DNA from: Guillardia theta CCMP2712
Lineage: Eukaryota; Protista; Cryptophyta
Reading direction: 5' to 3'
Length of the DNA stretch: 64,000 bases
Assembly (NCBI RefSeq): GCF_000315625.1
Contig: NW_005434617.1
Location: 89,734-153,733, forward strand
How positions within the stretch are numbered: position 1 is the first letter of the stretch; each line of letters opens with the position of its first letter. The notes under the pieces are model-generated. The model saw only the letters and a program-made list of their open reading frames with translations. It was not told the origin of the DNA and made no database searches. Positions 37,769-50,469 of the stretch are shown here, one piece after another. The translations under genes and the position numbers were made by a program.

Positions 37769-40157
37769 GACTCTTGGAAATCTTGACAGCTTGTTGTGTT
37801 TGCTCTCAGGGTTGTTCTACACCTCCCCTGTGATGTAACTCAGGGTAGTATCATAGTACCCCTACCATTGACCATCAAGTACCCACCCAAATTCCAGCAC
37901 TTGCTAGGTACCAGGTCCTTCAGGTGTTCGATGCGAGGTATTGGGAAAGGGGGTGATTAATAGAGACTTGAAGGGGTGGGTAGCCTGTAAACACTGAAAT
38001 CGGAAGTTATGAAAGCAGGAGGATCGAGGTACTGAAATATTTGCTAGTGATATTTATAAATGATCTCTCACCTTGCCGAGTTACAAAGCGACTGCGTTTT
38101 AACCAGGCCTGCCATGAATTGGATACCAGGAGGGGGTGGGGTCAGTCATGGTCTATCGTTTGACGAATGACCGAAAAAACCCTCTTTGGAAATCTTGAAT
38201 CCCAAGTTCGACGCAGAAATGGCGTGAAACACAACAGAGGACCGAATGATCATTTGAAATTAGTTTTTCAAATTTGATTCTAATGTATCAAAATGTTTGT
38301 AATCAGCTCAGGAGTCGAACAACAGGGCCGAACATACGTTTGTTACACCGCCAAATAACCTTGGAATTCATTACGGGACAAATTAAATCAATTTAAACAA
38401 GCTTTTCAAGGGTATCTTATGCGTCGATACTTTCACGAAAATGAATCTTTTCATCACTAAAATATTTGTACGCGTCTTTGCATGACCCTACGTGATGCGT
38501 TTGGGGCCCTGCTTGCAAAGTGAGGTACGGGTAGGTACCTTACCTCGCAGAATACTCGATTTGCGGTTCCATTTCTACCCTTGTGATGCAGCTAAGGTTT
38601 ATAAGTCATCTCATAGTTATTCATCGCCATCACCTAATCTTGCGTAGCACGATTGGGGTCGCCAGGCCTGCCTAGTGCCACCTACCCCTGCAAGGTGTCG
38701 GATCCACCCCATTGAGCCCTATTATTTGAGAGAAAAATTGTACGGAGTAGGTCGCATCTCGCCTACGTACTAGTGACCTAGGACTCCAATAGCACCTTTC
38801 ACCTAGCTACTAAGAATATTTCTATGACTTTTGGTCTATCGATTGCTAGGTCAGATCCTATGACCCCCCTGAGATGTTTTTCGGACTTATAAAATGTTTA
38901 TTAACTTTCTTTACTAGCTACAATCACTTATAAATTATGAAAGGGATTGTTATGGAAAATATTTGTACCGGTTTTCTTTACTCATTTCTCTACTCCTGAG
39001 ACCAAAAAAAAAGTGTAACCCCCACCCCTACACCTTTATTGCGGGACCCCACCTGTCTCAGACTCCACCCACCCTTGTCCGATTACCTCACCTCCCCGCA
39101 TCTCTCCATTGTCTCTTTCAGAGCGTTTGGATCTCCCACCCCCCATATCCACACACCACCCCTACTTTTCATAGATCATAGGCTACACGCTAGTTTGCCT
39201 CTTCCACACCCCTTCTTTTTCCCAACAATCATCACCTTCCCTACACTCTATGGCGGAGGATCTACACTATGATTGATTTTCCTGTAGACGACTTATGATT
39301 CTCTTGACCTTTGATACGGAGACTGACGGATATTGTCTTCATCCCTCACAAAGAGCTGGTTTGGATATAAACCGGTAGTTATAGAAGCAATACCACCCCT
39401 GACCCCTCAATGTGAACTACTACCCCTTACCTCCAATCTCTCATCCTGATTTTGAAGTACCCTTAAAAGACCACTACCCCTGTCACTCCCGGTACCCCAG
39501 CCTTTGTAAGCCGTACCCCCGAGATTGTTCCGTGCAATGTATTGCACGATGTGAAATGCAAGAAGCGCTTGTTTGCGTCTTTTCCCTAGTATGCATGCAT
39601 CGCCGCCTTCTACCAGCGCTCTCCTCTATCATCAACATTCAGTTGCACAATTGAGCTCATACCTCTTGAGACATCTCGTCTCCTTGTGTGCTCTGATTGA
39701 TACTGTAGTTGTTGAATCCCTCCAATCGTGTTAAGAGCAGTTTTTCATTGAGAGTTGGCCGCAGAGCAGGAGAGGCAGGCAGAGAAGAAGAATTTGGAAA
39801 ATTGATGTTGCGCATTGTTGTTCTTCGTTTTGTGAGCTCAAAAGGTCTTCGTTTGTTATGGATTCTAGGTCATCATGGTTCCGTATTTGTTTCTGATAAT
39901 TTCAAACTGCCTGCATTATCATTATGTGCATTCCATTTCGTTGTGAGAATGGTTTAGAACGATCAAGAATTACATTGTCTTTGTCAACTACATTTTATCG
40001 TGATATCTCATGACCCTCGTTTATCTGTGAACCGATTCTGATGTTTTTTCTTGTGCAGTCCGGCTCCACAGCGGCTACATTCACTCAAATTCATTTCGTT
40101 TCCCTATGAGCTCTCAGGACGCGAGATAATCTTGAGTGAGGATCTGATTGATGCACA

Positions 40158-41861
40158 GTGAACATGGAGTGTTCAAGTGCAAAGAAAGAACCATCGAAAC
40201 AGATTTCTATTTGTCCCTCCTACGGCATGCGATCGTGTTCTCGGCTGTGTAACCTGCAGGCGACTACCTTATGCTTCCTGGTGTTCTCCTGTATTCTGAC
40301 CGGTCACTGCGGTGCTGTGTGGTCAAGGACTTCTCCTTCCCAGTTTTTTCATGGAATTGAGCCGGAGTACACATGTGTATATGATGACATCAACGGCTCT
40401 CCAGACCTTCTGAGGAAGATCAATGTAGCCTACAAGTACAAGAACTATCTGTCGAACCAGAATCAAGCGCTCAAGAGCAAAGTGTCGCATAGTGCGAGCA
40501 TTCCAACCAAGGCTGGTGAGGAAGCCATGAGCGAGGACACGATCATGCTTGGCTCTCTAGAGACAGGAGAGCACCGAACACCGCGGGCCCAGCTAAGAAA
40601 GCCTTGTACCGAGTGTGTGCCACCAGTGTTGAAGCAGGATGAAGAGTTTTGGCACAAGGACGTGGGACAGCGATACAAAGAGCTGGTCCCTCCCAAGAAG
40701 AGGTTCAGCTGCAAGTTGCCGCTTGGAATGTCATCTCAAGCAGATCTGCGAAAAGCTGTACAGGCGGCATCAGTATCGAATTCAGCATCAATATCTCCAA
40801 CCAACTCCTATCTTGATATTCAGTCTGCTTCAGGAGAAGAACAAATGCTGGATGAGGTTGTGTTTGTTACTGATCTGGACAAGTGCGCATTTTACGGGAA
40901 TGATGGAAATGACCTTGGGATAGCTCTGCAGTGGATGGAGAAGAGCCCGGAGCAAGTAGTGCAGCTCTACGAAATCCTGCTTAATCCCCAGGTCAAAGAG
41001 ACGTACAAGAAGTTGAAGGCGAAGGCGAAGAAAGTGAAAGTTGTGATCTACACTATGCGAGCGACGTTCCTCGTGTACAGATCGTGTTTCAGAGACCTGG
41101 TGATCCCGCTACAATGGGATCCGTCGTGGCATGAGGGAGCCCAGGTCTTCTTCCCACCGACAGTTAAGACAGCGGACGATATCTTAAAGTCTTACTCCAC
41201 ACCTTGCCAGCTCCTGGAGGAGGAGCTTGTCGACATCAAGAAATCTCTTGAGAGGCTTCTGGCTACCAGACAGGTGATTGCCAAAGAGTTGGAACTGGAC
41301 GATCTCCCGGAGCTAGTTGTTACCGCTACTCCAAAAGATCTGGACTCAACAATGTCCCGTCTGAGGCTCCCCAAAGAAAACGCGTTTCTATGGGACGACA
41401 ACCCCAAGTTGAGGGGAAAGCCAAAGATTGTCAGCGTCGAGCCCTATGAAGCGCTGCACGAGTCGAAACGAACCGAGCTCCTTGCTTTTCTGGACAGGAA
41501 TCTGCCGCCGGAGACGCTAGAAACGGATCTGGTTGAGTTCATGCTCAGTGCAGACCCCAGGGATCAAGTGCTCACACAGGACGAGGAGTCAGGGAGACTC
41601 TGCTACCAGATCCAGATCAACAACGCGCAAGACTCGTGGGCGCTTCCTGAGTTGTCATCGAGCCTCTCGAGTAGTGAGAAGGCTGTCGACTCGGACAACA
41701 GGGTGATCTTGTCGGCGCCTTCCAAGGACGGGAACGGGCACCTGTCCCCTGTCACTCCAGACATCGAGGCACTGGAAAGCACGCACTTCCCGGGGCCTGT
41801 GATACTGAGGGAAAATCATCATGAGGGACTCCTCGGGAAACAATGCGAGAGGGTGCGATGA
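40158..41861 (+). CDS. HAD-superfamily (FCP1/NIF-like) protein; true start uncertain
   Basis: 567-aa ORF with motif I-like VVFVTDLDKC, motif II-like VVIYT, a Lys in TPKDL and motif IV-like FLWDDN. Confidence 0.6.
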   Translation: MNMECSSAKKEPSKQISICPSYGMRSCSRLCNLQATTLCFLVFSCILTGHCGAVWSRTSPSQFFHGIEPEYTCVYDDINGSPDLLRKINVAYKYKNYLSNQNQALKSKVSHSASIPTKAGEEAMSEDTIMLGSLETGEHRTPRAQLRKPCTECVPPVLKQDEEFWHKDVGQRYKELVPPKKRFSCKLPLGMSSQADLRKAVQAASVSNSASISPTNSYLDIQSASGEEQMLDEVVFVTDLDKCAFYGNDGNDLGIALQWMEKSPEQVVQLYEILLNPQVKETYKKLKAKAKKVKVVIYTMRATFLVYRSCFRDLVIPLQWDPSWHEGAQVFFPPTVKTADDILKSYSTPCQLLEEELVDIKKSLERLLATRQVIAKELELDDLPELVVTATPKDLDSTMSRLRLPKENAFLWDDNPKLRGKPKIVSVEPYEALHESKRTELLAFLDRNLPPETLETDLVEFMLSADPRDQVLTQDEESGRLCYQIQINNAQDSWALPELSSSLSSSEKAVDSDNRVILSAPSKDGNGHLSPVTPDIEALESTHFPGPVILRENHHEGLLGKQCERVR

Positions 41862-42545
41862 AGGAAAGATGGTGGCGGCGGTGCTATGTGTACAGTATTT
41901 CTACATATGTGTTTATTCTTTATGTCCTACAGCGAGCGAGCGAGTGGATTGGAGTGGCTGGTGGGTGAAGGACTGTGGGAATGACTATGTTTGTACGTTG
42001 GACAGCAGAACATGGTCAGAGTGATGTAAATTGTGAAGATGTGTGAAGCTAGGCATTTGAGTTTCATTTGTACATGAACAAAACAGTAAAAATCAGCGAA
42101 AATGGTTTGATCCGCTTCAAATGCACAGCTGCATGTCGAGAACACGGACTATGGGGGAAAGGAGCATGTACACTACACTCGATCTCGAAACGTTGGATGG
42201 CGAACGTAGCTGACCTCATCACACATCACAAGAGCAGATGCAACAGGAGAGACAAGGAGAGGTTGACAGTAGTCGTCAGACTGGATGCAGCAGCAAGCTC
42301 GTGTACTGTTCCCGATGCGAATTCAGTGAGTTCGCGTGAAAATTCAAACGTGTTGATGTGAAGGGGAATGCGCGGAGGGGAGGAGGGTGGAGTTTCAAGA
42401 GGAGGAAGAGGGGAATTACCGAATGAGAGCCGCTCGTCATGGTAGTTGATAGGCATCCAAGATGTGGTTGTAAGGCAAGCAGTGAGTAGATTTATGGTGA
42501 TAAAGTCAACAAAGAATATTTCATTCATAAGCCGTATTCAGTTGG

Positions 42546-44375
42546 CTATGACTTGTTTGTGTCTTGCATGGCGTGCAGGATGCTCCGCAAACCTGAAATG
42601 AAAGTGAGGAGACGAGGAGGAGGAAGGAGCAAGCCGAAATGGCAGGGTGTAATGGGGAAGCAAACGCTGCAACGCGAGGAGAAGGAGAGACGGAGTTGCA
42701 GGAGGAAGGAGGAGGACACGTGAAGCGAAGAAGAGCTCTTACTGGAGCTCTCGTTGCGGGCTTGTTTCATCTTAGTCTCATCCTCTGCCTGCTCCGCTTC
42801 CACCCCGACCTCACCCTTCCCGCTCTTGCCCCGGGAGGCGATGAGATGCCGGACAGATACCAGTGTCTCCGCCGCATTCTCCATGCGGAACGACATGTCT
42901 ACGTGTCCCCAGTTGATAGCTCCCGTGTCGAGCCGGTGGATCAGGGACGCGACGTCGACGAACTCCATGCACAGCTGCAGCTCACGGAGGAAGACCTCGG
43001 CCTCCTCCTGCAGCCAGTCCTTGCGCAGATGACAAGGCTTGATTTGATTCCTCAGCCGCAGCAGCTGCTGCGCGAAGGCCTGCGGCGTCTTACAGTCCAT
43101 GCACTCCTCTGCGAACTGGACCCACATGTCCTCCCCGGTGTTTCTCACAGCTGAGAAGGGCAGCCGCATCGAGATGCTGATCATCCTCCTGGCCAGGATA
43201 GCAGGAGAGATGAGCTTGATGCTACCTCCCTCGTTTGCCGATCCCTTCCCTTGGTGCTTGCACTGAAGGTAGTGCTTGCGGATGGTGCTGTTGAACCGCT
43301 CGAAGCTCCCTGCCTCCTCCTCGGATAGCACCATCCCCTTCCTGCAGTTTCCCCACAGGCAACGGACGTTGCATTTCTCTCCCACCTCGCTGCATCGAAA
43401 GTTCCATCGATCCTTCAGCGCACTCTGTGCGATCGGGCGAGCGGTGGAGCAAATGGCGCAAATCGCCTTTACAGGCTTCCTGGACCTGCTGTCCTTCCCT
43501 CCTCCTTCCTTGCTGGTCTTCTGCTTCTTGCTCGGCACAGCCTGCTCCTCTCCTGCCTTCCTCTTCTTAGCATCCTCCTCCTCGTCCAAGGCTACGGCGT
43601 CGAGTTTCATTCTTAGATCTTGCCCCTTCCTGTACTGCTTCGACGACGATGGGTTCCTATTTCTCAGTGACCTGTCCGAGCTCCCAGCATGAGTCGCATG
43701 CTCAGGAGAAATCTTTGGTGTGCCATTCAATGGCAAAATTTCAACCACCCCTGCCCGGTGACCTTCAAGATTCGGTACACCACTTCCTCCTCGTCCTCCT
43801 CCTCGTCCTCCTCCTCGTCCCTTGTCGTTCAACCTCAGCCCTCCTGTGTTTGCACCCGAGACAGACTGATGGAGGTCACAGGAGTTCATGTCTCTCAAAG
43901 AATTCTCATCGTCCTCCTGCTCTGTCGGCGCTTGACTGAGCAAGCTGTGCACGTCCTCCTTGGAGTTGGACCGGGCAAGGGCACTGTCGACTTCATTCCT
44001 GACCAGCTCATGGAAAGCGTGCGAGGAGACCTGGCGCTTGTCACCATGAGGAGCCTCTGCTTTCCGAAAGCTCTGCATGGTCGGCATAGAGCGCTGCTGC
44101 TGCTCACTGATTCCTCCCATCCTCAGATACATTTGAGGAGTAGCCAGCCTTGAGTTCTCATCCCTCAGCTCCCTCAGGCTCTTGTCGGTGGTGACATGAT
44201 GCACCTCTGACGTCTTGATGCCATCGACCTCGACCAGCATCTTCGCCTTCTCCATCACGTTGAACATCTTCGTCGCCTCGTGCACGTCGCTGTTGTGGAA
44301 GCCCGCTCCTCCCACAACATCCGTGCGGAGGATGAGAGGCTGGCGGTACTCGGAGTGGCTTCTTTCCCCCTTCAT
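42546..44375 (-). CDS. Putative chromatin protein with Cys-rich (CW-like) finger and WHIM/WSD-like helical motif
   Basis: 609-aa ORF with CAICSTARPI...WNFRCSEVGEKC, a basic NLS-like KKRK, and LPFSAV...W......C.TPQAFAQQLLRLRNQIKP..LRKDW. The 3' end may be spliced. Confidence 0.5.
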   Translation of the reverse strand: MKGERSHSEYRQPLILRTDVVGGAGFHNSDVHEATKMFNVMEKAKMLVEVDGIKTSEVHHVTTDKSLRELRDENSRLATPQMYLRMGGISEQQQRSMPTMQSFRKAEAPHGDKRQVSSHAFHELVRNEVDSALARSNSKEDVHSLLSQAPTEQEDDENSLRDMNSCDLHQSVSGANTGGLRLNDKGRGGGRGGGRGGSGVPNLEGHRAGVVEILPLNGTPKISPEHATHAGSSDRSLRNRNPSSSKQYRKGQDLRMKLDAVALDEEEDAKKRKAGEEQAVPSKKQKTSKEGGGKDSRSRKPVKAICAICSTARPIAQSALKDRWNFRCSEVGEKCNVRCLWGNCRKGMVLSEEEAGSFERFNSTIRKHYLQCKHQGKGSANEGGSIKLISPAILARRMISISMRLPFSAVRNTGEDMWVQFAEECMDCKTPQAFAQQLLRLRNQIKPCHLRKDWLQEEAEVFLRELQLCMEFVDVASLIHRLDTGAINWGHVDMSFRMENAAETLVSVRHLIASRGKSGKGEVGVEAEQAEDETKMKQARNESSSKSSSSLHVSSSFLLQLRLSFSSRCSVCFPITPCHFGLLLPPPRLLTFISGLRSILHAMQDTNKS

Positions 44376-45840
44376 CCTCTGATCGATCCTCTCTCGCTCA
44401 TCTCCAGCTCAGCATCTCCTCCTCTCTCCTCCTCCTCCCTCATCTTCGCTCCTCACCATCGATCCCCGCCATCTCGTTGCCCTTCCCGCCCCTCATACCT
44501 CCCCAACCCTCGTGGTCCTCATCCCACCTCATCCCGTCACGGTCCGCCGGACCGTATCGCCGAGTCGACTGCGGCCGTACGGCGTACTACGCACGGTTCA
44601 CTGAGTCAACCGCCCGGGCCGGCCCGGCCGCGGGTGACTGCGGCATCCGACTCGGCCGGTGACTCCCGGACTGAGGCCGCGGGCTGAGCCGGGCCCTGCA
44701 CTGACTTGACAGTGACTCGGTACGGTAAAGGGACTCAGAGAGGGCCAGCTGCAGTGCCGCCGGACTCAGTTGAACTGGCACCGTGACTGTCCTGGCGGCC
44801 CACTGACCGTACAGATCGGACGGTGCGGCAAGCCTGGCAAGTTGCCCTCAGTGTCGGTCCTGGCACTGCGCCGCCGCCGCGGCCGGGGCCCCGGGCCGGC
44901 ACACGGTCTCACGGTGCCGGCCAAGTTCCGAGGCCGCTCAGCGGCGTCCGCCATACAGGCCGCCGGGCCGGGCTCCGAGGCTATCGGCGGCTAGTATGGC
45001 CAGTGATCTGCCTGATCACTGGCATAACCGTCACTGGCCGGGCCCGGGTGCCGCTACGCCGTAGTAGGGCCAGGCCCGGGGCCCTGACTAGTACCAGGGC
45101 CTCACCGTCCGATCCCCGGCGCCGCCGTGCCCGGCGGCCCGGCCCTGACCAGCGCCGGGCAGTGCCGCCCGCCGCCTGGGTCGCGGGGCCGGGCCCACTG
45201 TGACGGTGAGATGTCATGATCGCCGGGGGGACTCCGGGCCGGAGGCGGCCCGGCAAGTTCACTCGGACTCCCGTCCGACTGAGACGAACGGTTCGCCGGG
45301 CCCGGCGGCGGGGGCCGCGGCTCGGCCCTTCAAGTCCTGGCGGCGGTCGGACCGCCGTATGGCCCTAGTACGGTCCGATCGGGCCGTCCGGGGAGTCACC
45401 GGGTGATAGCCCGGCCGCTGAGGCCCGGCTCCGGCCCGGGAGGCGAGCCGAATTACATAACGGGTATGAAACGGTCGTGTTGACCATCGGGACTCCTGAA
45501 GGACACAGGGCATGACGAAGCGAGGGATGTGAATGGGAGTAGAGGAGAGAGACGAGAGAGGAGACGAGCAGGACTCAGACAAGCAGGAGACAAGGTAGAG
45601 GAAGACGTGCCCTCTACACGGATGAAGCTGTGATTGGGTGAAACGCGAGGCTTCGTGTGAAAACGGTGTTCGATATAGACGTCCCCTTAGTTGTCCATCT
45701 GTGACCAAGACGTCCAGAAAGAAGAAGCGAGGTGATCGCGACGACGAGCCTCTCTTCAAGGAAAGCCCTATTCGATAGAGCTCAGTGTGATCTGTTTCCG
45801 TCACAAACTTTCATTACAACATCTATCCACATCTTTCAAC

Positions 45841-47304
45841 ATGAAAGGCGGTAATCAGGTAATAAACTGAACCTCAGCTCAAACTCACCGCTCACGATGG
45901 GATCACCTTGTGCTGCTGCAGGATCGGTCATCCGAAGGCCGAGAAACCAGTCGAGAGAGGCCAATAGGCATCATCGGAGCGAGCAGGGGGACGGGGCTGC
46001 AATGTGTAAGGTTTGCCGTTGGTGATCCCATGAACTGAGAAGCATACGTTCAGGTTCTCTATGCTGCCAAGCTGAAGATCCACTGCCGTGCAATCGTGCG
46101 AAACCCTCAGGAGAGTGAGGAGCTCGTGAACTCGTACCTCCCTGTCTCGTTCCGTCAGTATGTGAGTTGGTTGCGCCCTTTCTTCTCCCTGTTGAGTGAC
46201 TCGTGTTGACATCGCAGGTGCAGTACTGCAAGGCGGATGTGACGAGCCCCAAGACGCTATCCAAGGCCGTGAACGGCTGCAGGCGAGCAGGTGGACGGTT
46301 TACTAGGCCCCTGCTGAAGCCGATGCTGCTACCAGGGGTTTGATCTTTGCGGCCACGGCAACAGCCGGCTGGCGCCTTCCTATTTACGACAACAAGGATA
46401 CTCCTCCGCACATCGACTTCGAAGGAAGCGTTGCGGGTATGCAGGAGGTCGCGAGATGGTGGCGGGTCTTCTGAAGCATCCCTCATCCAGCCGCCACAGC
46501 AGCAGCAGCTGAGGGCGTCGCCAGGTTCGTTCTGATCTCGAGCCTCGCTATCACCCGCCCATCTCACCCGATGCATCTGGTGAGTTGAGATGGCCGAATG
46601 TGTAACGAACTCTGTCTGAGAGAAGATCTTCGATCAGGCAAGAAACAGCCTGATGGGTAGGATCATGGATTGGAAGCTTCTTGGGGAGCAGGTAGAACCG
46701 CGCGCTGCAGATGCCGTCGGCATGTGTAGCTGAACTCAAGCTCTCGCTCTCAGGGGGTGTCGAAAGTGTACGAGGCGGTCTCAAAGAGCAGCACAAACAA
46801 GATGTCCTACACTATCGTCCGACCAGGTCAGACCAACTCGCCTGCCCTGCCCAAATCCATCCCGGCGCTTCAGCAACCAGTTCCCCCGCCCCCTCCCCCA
46901 CCTCCACACTTCCTCTGATCTGGTACAGGTTATCTTAACGACGACCCTCCCGGTGGGCCCACCACCTTGCTCGTTGACACGGGAGACAATCTTTCCGGGT
47001 CGATCTCAAGGTGGTCCAGGTAGGAAGCAAGCAGTGCCATGGTCTGACTGTGCTCTAGAGCGGACCTTGCTGCCTTGTGCGTCGAGGCTATCTTCAGGCC
47101 GGATGCTCACAACCTCACTCTCGAGGTGGTCAACGGCAAGTGAGTAGTGTCTTCTCCCCTTGCTCCACTGCTCAGCTTTGAGTCGCAGGCAAGGCGGAAA
47201 CTATCCTGTCTGCAACAGTTATGATCAGGTCTTCCACTCGCTGTCATCTGGTTATCTTCCGGTTTGTGTTTCAGCTGCTCCATGTGATGCAGAAGTTTAT
47301 GTGA
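45841..47304 (+). CDS. NAD(P)-binding Rossmann protein (atypical SDR, NAD_binding_10 / Tic62-like)
   Basis: Spliced exons give IGIIGASRGTGLQC, RAIVRNP, KADVTSPKTL, IDFEG, GVARFVLISSL, WKLLGEQ, SYTIVRPGYL and GSISRADLAALCVEA. Confidence 0.8.
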
Positions 47305-49054
47305 GGTCCAGGTGTCTGCACCCGGCTGTTTACACACGAGTGGAATTAGAGGTATGTGTGGAGTGCAAGATTTAACATGTTGATGGCATGGTAGAAATAA
47401 AATTACAAAACTGAGTTGTCACTGTGCCAGTTCTTGAAGTGGCATTTTAGTATCAACCGATTGTATCTTTTGTACTCTGCATTCTAATTACAATCGATTG
47501 TGATACATGTCTTGGGAGGTGAAAGATATCATGAAGAGATCTGAACTGTGGTGAACAAACACAAATGTGCATTTTTCGAAGGTTTAAGTTCAACGAGCTA
47601 ATAAAGTGGCATTACTAGAATGATTCCGAGCTGCTGCTCAGACCAAAACTAGGAGTAGTTTCAAGCTACAGCTTAGAACCACTCGCCGAAGTAGAGGGGG
47701 CGCTGCTCGTGGTGGAGGTACTCCATGCGCCACATCCAGAGCTGGGAGGTCTGCTGCTTGGTCTGAGAGAACATTGATACCTAGAAAGAAAAAATGTGAG
47801 AATCGAAAAATATCGCATCTTACACTAAACACTTGCAGAATCATCATCCCTTGAACTCAGTGCAAAACCAGAAGGAGTCCAAAACAACAACCATAATCTT
47901 CAAACAAGTCTTGCAGCAGAGTCATTCTCGCATTCATTCTCATCTTTATCATCATCGTCTTTGAATCACAGCAGAACAAAACTCCGCGTCACATCAGATC
48001 ATCGCGTGCCATGGAGGGGGTTCTTACAGTTCGGTGCGGCGGACGAGGGAGGGGAGCCTTTTGTGCGGCCCTTCCGAAGAGCCGCGGGGGAGTTGACTGA
48101 TCCCACTGCCTGAAGAGCCGTCCGTGCCCACCCCTCTACCCCTCATAGTAGTGTAATTTTGCCTTTTTCTTCCAGGTGGGGTGGATGCAGAGACCTGCGG
48201 AGAGCGAAGTGGTGGGGGGATCAGGGGGTGGTGGTAGAATATGATAATCACCATGTACGCCAGGTTTGATAGAGTACCGGTATCTTGCGTATTGGACCTT
48301 AGGGGAAATACAGGTGGGGGTACTATAAAGGTAGCTTTTCGAGGGGTTGGACTTCAATGGGGTACCATTGCCAGGGGTCATTGGGGTACTTAAACTGAGG
48401 CGGACTAGCCCTCAAGAGACATTGGCACCCCTCCTTGCGAGCTCTGCTTTAACCCACCGGTACCTCTCCCTACACCTCATCTTCAAGTACCCTACCCCAC
48501 CAGTTTTACCTAGGGGTACTGGCAGAACAGCACCCTAGGGACCGCCAGTACCACCTGCTTGTAGGACCGAAGCCAAGGACCCATGTGTACCCAAACAATC
48601 CAATGACCCCACCACCCCCTATTAGATGCTTTGACAGCGCCTGTAGGGGGACAATTCAACATGTTATATGTGGTACCCCACCCTATAGTTTTTCTGAGAC
48701 AATCTCTACCCCCCATTGACTCTACAAGTACCTCTTCTTTCCTACCACCCCATCCTGTCTTACTACCCTACCCACACCCCTCGCACAAACCGTACCCCTG
48801 TTGTTGACAGCCTGGCTCTTCGAGATGGAATCCGTTACATATATGTCTTGACCGTTACTCAAAATCTGTAGCCGACGCCTGGTGCGGACCCGCCTCGGAC
48901 CCGCTACAATTTTTCAAGGGTTGGCCCGCCTTTTTGTTCTGTCGGAGCACTGGCAGTGCGCACCATGGAGGACAGGAACGAGCTCGGGCGGTGGAGGGAT
49001 GGAGGGGAGGAGCGGAGGGAAGGGGTGGAAGATACATGAGACTGTGAGAAAGCG

Positions 49055-50076
49055 ATGATGTCGGAATCCGCCGTGTTCACGACGTCTCTTGTTGAACTGA
49101 AAGGAGGAGGAGGAGCAGGAGCAGGAGGAGCACGAGGAGAAGCCAAGGTCAAGATTCGACAGGTGAGAGCTTCTCCATTGAGCCCTGGCCACTGCCATGG
49201 GAAGAATCAAATGCATCACCAAATGCATCATCAGGTTGCATCTGAAGAGTTCGGCTGCTTCATCTGGCCATCGGCTGTGCTTCTTTCTCAATATCTCTTT
49301 GAGCACTCTGGCGTAGTAAGGAACAGCAAGGTACTGGAGTTGGGAGCAGGGGTGGGGTTGCCCGGCTTGCTATGCAGAAAGCTTGGGGCTTCAAGGGTTC
49401 TTCTCACAGATCTGAGCAAGCCCCCGATCATCCTCAGCAACTTGCAGCACAATTGCTGTGCCAACGAGCTAGAACATTGCTCAGCTGCTCCAATGGACTG
49501 GGGTATCGTCACGGAGGAGGTAAGGAGGGAGGGGAGGGGCCTCTCGCTGGATGATGTCTTGATTTCAGATGCTGCTCATGCGACGCACATGCTACGATGT
49601 CCTGCTGGCAGCAGACTGCCTGTACTCGTCCTCCTTATACGAAGACTTTCTCTGTACGGCATCCTTCTTCCTACGTCCTGCTCCAAAGGTTCTTCCTTGA
49701 TGATTGATGGTCGCGGTTGGCGGTGATGGAGAGCAGGGGGAGGCTGGAGCATCATCGGTCAAGGCTCCGGCTCGTCCGCGTCTCTTCACTGTCTTCCAGG
49801 TGGGGAGGGAGGAGGAGGAGGTTGGGCGGTGAAGGAGCCTGCAGGAGAGAGGGTCTGGGTTCTCGCTTGCTCGGCTGATGGGGAGGTGGGGGTTGAGGTA
49901 CGCGAAGATCGACTTTGTCCCGTCTTGCTCAGCTCTGGTGGGATCCTGCCGGGAGGAGGCTGGGGAGGAGGTGACGATCTGCTAAGGTGAACGGAGAGGA
50001 GGTCGAACAAGGGGGGCACGAGCTGCAGCTGCTGGAGATCTGGCACGAGGACGAGGAGCAGGACGGTGTGAGATGA
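49055..50076 (+). CDS. Methyltransferase family 16 protein (METTL23-like)
   Basis: FGCFIWPSAVLLSQYL, KVLELGAGVGLPGL, RVLLTD, MDWG and DVLLAADCLY motifs. Confidence 0.85.
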
Positions 50077-50469
50077 CCGCCGATGGCAGGGGATGGGAGG
50101 GAAATTAGGGAGGAGGAGAGCGTGTAGCGTGCGACTCGTGCTCTGCTGGGACAACTTGATGAACTAAACAAACTGTACTGCACGGGACCCGTTCCCCGTC
50201 ACTGCTGCATATGCTGCTCCTCCCCTTCTTCCTTCATTGGTCCAGCTCCCTTGCAGCTGAGGTTTTGCCTGGCTCCAGACCGTCCACATAGCCCTACGTA
50301 CTCATCGTCATCTCCTCCGCACAACCTGATCCTGCTTGCTTCCTGCTACCCCCCTCTCCTTCTCTGCAGCTCCCTAGCACTCTCTGCTCTCCCTCCCCCA
50401 TGCGCCCTCCTCCCTTCGCTTCCCCCACATTCCCAGGTAGCTCAACAAACCCCTCGTTCCCCTCCTTCT

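Noticed and set aside
37900-39300. AT-rich intergenic stretch as a transposon
   Set aside because: No transposase or RT ORF, and no convincing terminal repeats were seen.
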